From an uncultured delta proteobacterium (lineage in GTDB: Bacteria; Desulfobacterota; Syntrophobacteria; BM002): DNA of 64,000 bases. A model generated the notes under the pieces. The model searched no databases. It was not told where the DNA came from and worked only from the letters and a program-made list of their open reading frames with translations. Shown in pieces: positions 56,195 to 64,000 of the stretch (position 1 is its first letter; each line of letters opens with the position of its first letter). The stretch lies in NCBI GenBank assembly GCA_963712115.1, contig CAVQGX010000043.1, forward strand, positions 1 through 64,000. The letters run 5' to 3'. Position numbers and translations under genes: made by a program.

Positions 56195-56255
56195 CGAATT
56201 GTCTTGCAGCTTGCATCTATAGGTGAGTTCGAGGTCAAAAGTCCACGGTTCTTTA

Positions 56256-57485
56256 TCAGTAACTAACATAGAAGCCGATAAGAAAAGTATCGATGTTTTT
56301 ATCGGCGCTACCGCCGATTTTCTCAGCAGCACTGAATCGCTCGAGTCCCACCTTTATGTTGGCATTATGCCCCTTGATGAAATAGCTAAGTCCAACCCGC
56401 CAGGCGGACCAGCTTCCCGCATCATCTGAGGCATCGCTGTACCAACTTTCATATAGGGCCCAGGGTTGGAGATTTAGGTTCTCGAGGTAGTATCCGCTCT
56501 GAACATAGAATCCCTTCCCCTCGGTCTCTTTGGCATTTTTTGGAGGACCAGAGGCTGAGTCTCGAAGAGAGGTTGAGTCTTCAAGATCTAGATTACTATA
56601 ACCTGCCTCTAAGGTTGTGTTCCCTGGTCCAACAGGAATATCGGCGAAAGCATCGAAGGAGTACCAGATATAGTTGACGTTGTCATCGGTGATAGTATCA
56701 CGGGCAATCCTCTGCTGATGATCAATGGAGGCGCCGATGGCTACGGTCTTTTTTCTTCCGAGATAGGTAGAGAGATTATAGTAGCCCGGTTCGGGTTCGA
56801 AAAAGTTCAATTGCACCCGACCGGTGACCCGCTCTTTGTCTTCGGCATTGTTCATAAATTGGATGCCGGTGTAACCGCCCACATAGTACTTGGCATGAAA
56901 TGTCTCGGTGAAAGATGTGGAGCCGAACAATGTTACCCCAATATCGCGGTTTACATTACCATCCCCGCTGAGATCCAAGTTGCCATCGTCAAAGATGGCG
57001 GTGTTGAATACGGCACCACCGTTTAGACCCCAGGTGAGATTATAGTCGGTGATACCTGGACGATCGATGGCCAACATGGCGGCAGAGCTGGTAAGTTGTT
57101 GCCGGCCCGCAGGAGCCATGTGCTCCCCCAAGATGACTTGTGCTTGCTCAAGTAAATGGAGATTGATAAAACCGTCGATCACTTTTGCGTCGCCAACGCT
57201 TCCGTCCTCTCCTGAATCTGACCCAATCTGCATGAAGAAATTGACCCATTTGGTGACGTTGCCCCCGAGTCTGATCCGGGCCCGACGAAGAAGAAATTTC
57301 TCCTCGTGCTCGCTTTCTGCATCCGCCTGAGAATTGGTGCTACTGAGAAATTGGGTCTGGAGCCTGAAGCCTAGCTCCAAGTTGGAATCTTGGTCGATTT
57401 GTAGCTCGACTCCGGCCCAGGAAGCAGATGGCCAAACCAAAAGGACTCCAACCAGCACACCGGTCAACAGGGCTATCTTCCGCAT
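56256..57485 (-). CDS. outer membrane porin, OprO/OprP superfamily (ExtI-like)
   Basis: Signal peptide, F.LRRARI.L.G, EPGYY..STYLG.KK, C-terminal aromatic residue. Confidence 0.8.
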   Translation of the reverse strand: MRKIALLTGVLVGVLLVWPSASWAGVELQIDQDSNLELGFRLQTQFLSSTNSQADAESEHEEKFLLRRARIRLGGNVTKWVNFFMQIGSDSGEDGSVGDAKVIDGFINLHLLEQAQVILGEHMAPAGRQQLTSSAAMLAIDRPGITDYNLTWGLNGGAVFNTAIFDDGNLDLSGDGNVNRDIGVTLFGSTSFTETFHAKYYVGGYTGIQFMNNAEDKERVTGRVQLNFFEPEPGYYNLSTYLGRKKTVAIGASIDHQQRIARDTITDDNVNYIWYSFDAFADIPVGPGNTTLEAGYSNLDLEDSTSLRDSASGPPKNAKETEGKGFYVQSGYYLENLNLQPWALYESWYSDASDDAGSWSAWRVGLSYFIKGHNANIKVGLERFSAAEKIGGSADKNIDTFLIGFYVSY

Positions 57486-57791
57486 GACAACTCCTTTTTC
57501 TACATTCCAGGATCGACACAGGAGGTCTCAGAGGTGGTTTTAGTCCAAAGGAGGTTTACCTACTGAAACATCTACCTCGATTTCGAGCAAAGAGCTGCAT
57601 ATGAGCACTACCGAAGCACATCGATAGCACAAGATAGATGTACGAGCAAGGCAAGAAATGTTTAGGATCCCTCATTTAAATCAGACTGATCAAGGGGGCC
57701 AGGTACATATCTACCACTCAGTATGATAAGATTTATTATTCAAGTCTGGGTGTGGGTAGAAGGCCTGGTAGAAAAGCAAGAGAGGATAGGA

Positions 57792-58928
57792 ATGATAGAA
57801 CAAGGCCCTATAAGACCCCCTAGTGAAAGTAAAAGTCTACTCTTGAGGCTGACGCGCAACTGTCCCTGGAATAGATGCTTGTTTTGCCCTGTTTACAAGG
57901 GCACGACGTTTTCTCGTCGATCTGTAGCAGAGATTAAAGCAGAGATAGATCAACTCAATGAAATTATTAATGATATCAAAAACATTTCATGCAAGCTCGG
58001 ATTCGCGGGGAAGATTACCGGGACAGTTATCTCCCATATTTACCCGAGCAAGGATTACGCTACTATTTACCGGCATGTTGCTCACTGGTTGTATTTCGGA
58101 GAAGGAAGCGTTTTTCTCCAGGATGCGAACAGCTTGATCATGAAACCGGAGGATTTGGCGGAGATTCTCAACTATTTGCGCCAGAAAATTCCAGGAATAC
58201 GTCGAATCACCAGTTACGCCCGCTCCAGAACTTTGGCCCGGAGAAAGCCAGGCCAGCTGGTCATGCTGCGGGAGGCTGGGCTGAATCGGATTCATATCGG
58301 CATGGAGAGCGGTTACGATCCGGTGTTACGTTTCATGGAAAAGGGAAGCACCGCAGCCGATCATATCAAGGCAGGTTGCCTTGTTAGAGAAGCCGGCATC
58401 TCTTTGTCAGAGTATGTGATGCCTGGGCTTGGGGGTAAACGGTGGTGGCGAGAGCACGCCCTGGCCACAGCAGATGTGCTGAATCGAATCAACCCTGATT
58501 TCATAAGGCTCCGTTCTTTGCGGGTTCCTAAAACTGCTCCTCTTTCAGAGAAGATTGACAACGGAGAGATAGAACTTCTCGACGATGACGGTGTGGTGCG
58601 TGAGATCCGACTTTTCATTGAAAACCTAAATGGCATTACCTCAGCCGTTACTTCGGATCATATCATGAACCTGCTGGAGGAGATATCTGGAACCTTGCCT
58701 GATGACAAAGAAAAGATGTTGTCTGTAGCTGACCGCTATTTGGACCTGCCGGAAGAGGAACGAATCATATATAAAGTTGGAAGATGGGGTGGAGCTTTCA
58801 GGAGTGTAGACGACCTGAGAGATCCTGACCTCAGGGGCAAGATCGAAAAGGTCATCCACCAGTGGAATCTGGAAACCTCGGGACAACTGGATGAAATAAT
58901 TAAAGAAATAGCGGATCAGTATATCTAG
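57792..58928 (+). CDS. radical SAM protein
   Basis: IRPPSE, CPWNRCLFC (CX3CX2C), FLQDANSL, HIGMESG, SDHIMNLL. Confidence 0.92.
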   Translation: MIEQGPIRPPSESKSLLLRLTRNCPWNRCLFCPVYKGTTFSRRSVAEIKAEIDQLNEIINDIKNISCKLGFAGKITGTVISHIYPSKDYATIYRHVAHWLYFGEGSVFLQDANSLIMKPEDLAEILNYLRQKIPGIRRITSYARSRTLARRKPGQLVMLREAGLNRIHIGMESGYDPVLRFMEKGSTAADHIKAGCLVREAGISLSEYVMPGLGGKRWWREHALATADVLNRINPDFIRLRSLRVPKTAPLSEKIDNGEIELLDDDGVVREIRLFIENLNGITSAVTSDHIMNLLEEISGTLPDDKEKMLSVADRYLDLPEEERIIYKVGRWGGAFRSVDDLRDPDLRGKIEKVIHQWNLETSGQLDEIIKEIADQYI

Positions 58929-59414
58929 TCGCATAGCGCATTTAAACCAGCTGGCAGCAAGCACCAATAAAAGGTCTATATATTAAGTTTTTACACTGCA
59001 AGCTGTCTGCTGCCCGCTGTGCAAAGCGCTATGCGAACTTAGGAGTTGCCTTTGGTGCAAAACTGCGATATATAGCGCGATGTTGTTCCGTTATGGAGTA
59101 ACTTTCAATTGTTTATATGATTGTTTATATGAAGGAGAGGAGAGAAGAGAACACCAACCAGTAACCACTTGAAAGTAAGATTTTAGCAGGCAAGAACACA
59201 AGATCGATTTAGAAACCATCTGGTCCAAGTTTAATCAGGGCATATAAAACCAGTGAATCTAATAATTTAAGTACTTTGGCCCGACTAATTCGATAAAACC
59301 ACTAGCAACCCCACCTTTTCTAGCCTGCCTTTTCACTTTCTTCTCGGGATCCTGTTGGAGTGAGCCTTCAACATGCCCCACTGGGCCAACGCTGGTTGGA
59401 ATCCAGCATAAATT

Positions 59415-60530
59415 ATGGGAATTCGTGTACCTAATCACATCGCTACCTTGAAACCCTACCCACCTGGAAAGCCCCTCGAAGAGCTAGAACGCGAATACGG
59501 TATAACAGATTCAATAAAACTAGCCTCCAACGAAAACCCATTGGGGACATCTCCGCTGGCACTCGAAGCTATAAGGAGCCACCTGAAAAACCTGCGCAGA
59601 TACCCAGATGGGAGCGCTTACTATCTCAAACAAGGTCTCAGCCAGCGATTGGGTGTGGGAGAGTCTTCTATTGTCTTGGGCAATGGGTCGAATGAAATCA
59701 TCGATCTAGTCATCCGCACCTTTGTCCAACCGAAAGAAGAAGTGTTGATGTCGGAGCCCACCTTTTTGGTGTATCCCCTGATGACACAGGCGATTGGTGC
59801 TCGAGCTGTCAAGGTGCCCCAGAAGAACTTTGCCCATGACTTGAAAGCTATGGCAGAGGCCGCAACTAAGAACACCCGCGTCGTCTTTATGGACAATCCC
59901 AATAATCCAAGTGGTACGGTCATTAGTCGCAAGGATTTCGAAACTTTCAGGAGCCGAATTCCTCAAGATGTAATCATCGTCCTCGATGAGGCATATATGG
60001 AATTTGCTGACCCCGAGCAGACTATGGCTGGCCTTGAATACCTTAACGGTTCCCCGCCAGTTATTAGCCTTCGAACCTTTTCCAAAGCCTATGGTCTTGC
60101 AGGACTGCGGGTTGGTTATGGAGTCATGCCGCCAGAGGTGGCTGATTATCTCAACCGGGTACGTCAGCCCTTTAACGTCAATAGTTTAGCTCAGGTGGCG
60201 GCTCTTGCAGCGCTGGACGATGAAGAATTTCTGCAGGAAACTCAGAAGATTGTGCGCGAAGGACTAGCTTTCTTATATGTCGAGTTGGATAAGTTGCAAC
60301 TGCGCACCCATGCCACTCAGGCCAATTTTTTTCTCATAGAGGTTGGATACGACGGACGAAAGGTTTATGAGGCAATGCTGAGGCGGGGGGTGATTGTCCG
60401 GGCTATGAATTCATACGGTTTGGATAACTACATACGAATTTCTGTGGGACGGCCAGAAGAGAATAAAAGGTTTGTAGAGAGTCTTAAAGAGGTTCTGGCG
60501 GAATTGGAGTCGGCCAATGAAACCCTCTAA
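59415..60530 (+). CDS. hisC: histidinol-phosphate aminotransferase
   Basis: KLASNENP, GNGSNE, NPNNPSG, DEAY, RTFSKAYGLAGLRVGY. Confidence 0.95.
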   Translation: MGIRVPNHIATLKPYPPGKPLEELEREYGITDSIKLASNENPLGTSPLALEAIRSHLKNLRRYPDGSAYYLKQGLSQRLGVGESSIVLGNGSNEIIDLVIRTFVQPKEEVLMSEPTFLVYPLMTQAIGARAVKVPQKNFAHDLKAMAEAATKNTRVVFMDNPNNPSGTVISRKDFETFRSRIPQDVIIVLDEAYMEFADPEQTMAGLEYLNGSPPVISLRTFSKAYGLAGLRVGYGVMPPEVADYLNRVRQPFNVNSLAQVAALAALDDEEFLQETQKIVREGLAFLYVELDKLQLRTHATQANFFLIEVGYDGRKVYEAMLRRGVIVRAMNSYGLDNYIRISVGRPEENKRFVESLKEVLAELESANETL

Positions 60531-61233
60531 GAAATGGCTCATAACAATAGACGGACCAGCCGGCGCTGGGAAAAGTACCGTGAGCAAGCTCCTGGCTAAA
60601 AGACTTGGTTACATCTACCTAGATACTGGGGCCATGTATCGGGCCGTGGCCTTACTGGCAAGGAATAGTGGACACTCGGATCCTCTGGATGAAAGAACCC
60701 TTGAGGAGATCTGTCTAGGGCTTTATTTAGAATTTGTCCAGAAAGACGGGACATTACGTTTGCTGGCAAATGGAAGAGATATCACTGAGGAGATACGGCA
60801 GCCCGAGATTAGCTCCCTTGCCTCAGCAGTGTCTGCAAAGGGTGTTGTACGGGAGCGGCTCTCAACGATTCAGCGAAGTATGGGCAAAGCTGGAGGGGTA
60901 GTCCTCGAAGGTCGTGACATGGGCACGGTAGTATTCCCAGAAGCTGATGTTAAGTTCTTCTTGGATGCTAGTCCTGAAGTCCGCAGCAAGAGACGTTTTC
61001 TGGAGTTAGAGGCTGAGGGCCAAGATACCACACCTGAGGAAGTGCACCGGCTGATGCTGGAAAGGGATCGCAACGATCGTAGTCGTCAGTTGGCTCCCCT
61101 CAAACCAGCGGACGACGCCATTTTGGTGGATTCCAGCGATCTGCAGATTGAAGCGGTTGTAAAGCTGATGTTTGACCATATTGAAGCAATGAACAAAGCG
61201 CATAGTGCATGGCGTCATGACCTAGAAAAATGA
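60517..61233 (+). CDS. cmk: cytidylate kinase
   Basis: IDGPAGAGKST, LDTGAMYR, EGRDMGTVVFP. Confidence 0.96.
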   Translation: MKPSKKWLITIDGPAGAGKSTVSKLLAKRLGYIYLDTGAMYRAVALLARNSGHSDPLDERTLEEICLGLYLEFVQKDGTLRLLANGRDITEEIRQPEISSLASAVSAKGVVRERLSTIQRSMGKAGGVVLEGRDMGTVVFPEADVKFFLDASPEVRSKRRFLELEAEGQDTTPEEVHRLMLERDRNDRSRQLAPLKPADDAILVDSSDLQIEAVVKLMFDHIEAMNKAHSAWRHDLEK

Positions 61234-61418
61234 GCAAACATGATCGGCGAGATAGGCTGCACTATAAGCAGTAATTTGGGGAAATAGTTTGTAATTCCCT
61301 ACCGTTTCTGTTATACAGGTACCAAATTTTCATGCGGGATCAGAGATAATAGACCGGGTGGAATTGATTTGGCATAAAGGGAAAGGGATTTTAAATAAGT
61401 AACGGGGGTGGCTTGTTA

Positions 61419-63407
61419 ATGGTTGAAAAAAAACAAAACGAAGTTATGCAAGAGGCCGAAGAGCAAGTAGGCCAGGTAGAAAAGGTCGAGGCGACTGCGA
61501 AAGAGGAAACTGAGGCTCAGGAGTCTGCAGAGGATACCTTGGAAACAACAGAGGACCAAGAACCTCAGCAGGTGGATGTCGAGGCTGATGCTCAAGATGA
61601 AACTGAAACTCAGGATTCCGAGGAAGTTGTTGTGGAGTTGGCAGCGGATACTGAAGCACAGCCTGTAGACAGTCAGGTTGCTGTCGAAGAAAATGATCAG
61701 GTCGACACCATTAAGGAGGAATCCTTCCAGGAGCTTTATGAGGAAAGTCTCAAGAGCATCAAGGAAGGTGAGGTTGTGCGTGGTAATATTATCCAAGTGA
61801 CCGACGATTATGTGATGGTAGATATAGGCTACAAATCGGAAGGCCAGATCCGCATCTCTGAATTCACAGATGAAGAGGGTGCTGTATCCGCCAAAGTCGG
61901 CGACGAAGTGGACGTTTTGCTAGAATACCACGAGGACGAAAATGGCGAAATAGTGCTCTCCAAAGAGAAGGCCGCTAAGATTAAGGTATGGGACGAAATT
62001 AGCAAAATTTATAAAGATGACGGTGTAATCGAGGGCCGAATTGTTTCCAAGGTAAAAGGTGGGCTTTCAGTTGACATTGGCGTGCAGGCTTTCTTACCTG
62101 GCTCCCAGGTTGATCTGCGACCAGTTCGTAATCTTGATAGTCTAATTGGTCAGCAGTGTCAGTTCAAGATTTTGAAATATAACAAGAAAAGGCGAAACGT
62201 GGTGCTCTCACGCAGGGTCCTCCTGGAGAAAGAGAGGGAGGAACTCAAGTCCGATACTCTAGATAGGCTAGAAGAGGGAAAAGTCCTTGAAGGTGTTGTA
62301 AAAAACATCACAGAGTATGGAGTTTTTGTAGATCTCGGTGGAATCGATGGTTTGCTTCACATCACCGACATGAGTTGGGGCCGAGTCGGGCACCCATCTG
62401 AGATGTGTTCCATAGGTGATTCCATCGAAGTAATGGTGCTGAACTTTGATCCCGAAAAAGAACGGGTCTCTTTGGGTCTAAAACAGTTGTCAGAGGACCC
62501 GTGGAGTTCGGTTGATGCACGATATCCTGAGGGCGGACGGGTAACAGGGCGCGTGGTAAGCCTTACGGATTATGGGGCTTTCGTGGAACTAGAGCCAGGC
62601 ATTGAAGGGCTGATTCATGTGTCTGAAATGTCCTGGACCGCGAAAGTTCGGCATCCGTCCAAGGTCGTTTCAGTAGGCGATATTGTCGAGGCCGTGGTTC
62701 TCAATCTGAACAAAGAGAACAAACGGATCAGTTTGGGTATGAAACAGGTGGAGCCCAATCCGTGGGACGTCATTGGTGAGAAGTATCCAGTGGGCACTAC
62801 CATTCAGGGGAAAATTAAAAATATAACAGATTTTGGACTTTTTATTGGCATAGATGAAGGTATAGACGGTCTTGTACATATCTCTGATCTTTCCTGGACT
62901 AAACGGATCAAACACCCCTCCGAGCTCTACAAAAAAGGAGAAGAACTACAGGCTATTGTCTTGAATATAGATAAAGAAAACGAGCGTTTTTCTCTGGGAG
63001 TCAAACAACTGAATGCCGATCCATGGGAAGAGATTCCAAAGAGATACCCAGTGGGAAGTTCTGTCGTGGGCACGGTGACCAATGTTACGGATTTTGGTCT
63101 CTTCGTCGAAATTGAAGAAGGAATAGAGGGGTTGGTTCACGTTTCAGAAATAAGTAAAGAAAAAATCAAGACACCTGTAGGGCTTTTTCAAGAAGGTCAA
63201 GAGGTAACCGCCAAGGTGGTAAATATAGGCAGGGAAGAACGCAAGATTGGGCTTTCTCTCAAGCGACTGGAAGAGGAAGAAGAAAAAACTCGTTATTACG
63301 ATTACATAGATAGCCCCAAGGCAGCTACCTCGAATCTCGGTCAGCTACTTAAAGAGGAGTTGGAAGGACGTGCTGACAACCTTTTGGGGGGGGAGGACAA
63401 GGAATAG
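61419..63407 (+). CDS. rpsA: 30S ribosomal protein S1 with an acidic N-terminal extension
   Basis: Six S1 domains (DIGYKSEG, FLPGSQVD, DGLLHITDMSW, EGLIHVSEMSW); start TTG 61413 or ATG 61419. Confidence 0.96.
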   Translation: MVEKKQNEVMQEAEEQVGQVEKVEATAKEETEAQESAEDTLETTEDQEPQQVDVEADAQDETETQDSEEVVVELAADTEAQPVDSQVAVEENDQVDTIKEESFQELYEESLKSIKEGEVVRGNIIQVTDDYVMVDIGYKSEGQIRISEFTDEEGAVSAKVGDEVDVLLEYHEDENGEIVLSKEKAAKIKVWDEISKIYKDDGVIEGRIVSKVKGGLSVDIGVQAFLPGSQVDLRPVRNLDSLIGQQCQFKILKYNKKRRNVVLSRRVLLEKEREELKSDTLDRLEEGKVLEGVVKNITEYGVFVDLGGIDGLLHITDMSWGRVGHPSEMCSIGDSIEVMVLNFDPEKERVSLGLKQLSEDPWSSVDARYPEGGRVTGRVVSLTDYGAFVELEPGIEGLIHVSEMSWTAKVRHPSKVVSVGDIVEAVVLNLNKENKRISLGMKQVEPNPWDVIGEKYPVGTTIQGKIKNITDFGLFIGIDEGIDGLVHISDLSWTKRIKHPSELYKKGEELQAIVLNIDKENERFSLGVKQLNADPWEEIPKRYPVGSSVVGTVTNVTDFGLFVEIEEGIEGLVHVSEISKEKIKTPVGLFQEGQEVTAKVVNIGREERKIGLSLKRLEEEEEKTRYYDYIDSPKAATSNLGQLLKEELEGRADNLLGGEDKE

Positions 63408-63459
63408 ACCCCAAGTTTTTTCTTGAACAAGGACCGAACCAAAACTAGGAGGCGGGAAG

Positions 63460-64000
63460 GTGCGCAAACGTTCCGTCTTGCTGGCGGGAAGCATATTAGT
63501 TCTGATCCTTGTTGCCCTTCTTGGCAGCATTGCCTGGTTTTCGCACTTGCGTGGCCGTGAAGCAGGACTGATGTTTGGCGAAAAGGTTGGCGTCCTTGAG
63601 GTGAAGGGAGTAATAGCAAACGTCCAACCAACTATAGAAGAGCTGGCGAAGTTTAGAAGAGATGGTTCGGTAAAGGCCGTAGTAGTAAGGATTGAGTCTC
63701 CCGGCGGTGGTGTAAGCCCCTCCCAGGAACTTTACCAGGAAATAAGACGCACGGTGCGGGAGAAGCCGGTGGTGGTGTCAATGGGTTCTGTTGCCGCCTC
63801 CGGGGGCTACTACATCGCTTGCGCTGCCCAAAAGATCTATGCCAACCCGGGCACTATCACCGGCAGTATAGGCGTGATTCTACAGTTCACCAATTTCGAG
63901 GAACTTTTAAGAAAGATTGGCTTCCGCATGGAAGTCGTAAAAAGCGGCCCCTACAAGGATGTGGGCAATCCCGGGCGCGAGATGACCGCTGAGGAGAAAG
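63460..64000 (+). CDS. sppA: signal peptide peptidase SppA (3' truncated by the window; not in the ORF track)
   Basis: GTG start with AGGAGG RBS; N-terminal TM, RIESPGG, SMGSVAASGGYYIA, TGSIGV, KSGPYKD. Confidence 0.93.
   Translation, partial: MRKRSVLLAGSILVLILVALLGSIAWFSHLRGREAGLMFGEKVGVLEVKGVIANVQPTIEELAKFRRDGSVKAVVVRIESPGGGVSPSQELYQEIRRTVREKPVVVSMGSVAASGGYYIACAAQKIYANPGTITGSIGVILQFTNFEELLRKIGFRMEVVKSGPYKDVGNPGREMTAEEK

Noticed and set aside
59040-59414. His attenuator in the long hisC leader; 12-bp direct repeat attgtttatatg x2
   Set aside because: The short ORF MKERREENTNQ has no His run and there is no clear terminator/antiterminator pair; the repeat alone is not interpretable.

Overview
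This is a chromosomal window from an anaerobic deltaproteobacterium-like organism (Desulfobacterota/Syntrophobacteria-type gene content). It contains arfB, a heterodimeric ABC exporter, minimal sufCB, hflKC, rpoH, yhaON, tRNA-Gln, lhgO, a HelY-type helicase, a livKHMGF-paaK-iorAB operon and hisC-cmk-rpsA-sppA. No CRISPR array, prophage or intact transposase is visible. The main find is an unannotated 27-codon leader peptide with eight consecutive Tyr/Phe codons (YYYFFYYF). It has a complete attenuator fold with two terminators coupled in relay and lies in front of the ABC transporter/arylacetate-CoA ligase/indolepyruvate oxidoreductase operon, which implies starvation-induced salvage of aryl acids into Tyr/Phe. 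Other notable items are a free-standing ~155-nt rod-like RNA candidate with its own promoter and terminator, a MITE family with nested cargo, and 7-8 bp periodic repeat mosaics in most intergenic gaps. There is also a frameshift separating an Ntn-hydrolase from its N-terminal Thr, an RHH gene with an operator array, and two small ORFs missing from the ORF track. All calls come from reading motifs and pairing bases by hand; no searches were run.
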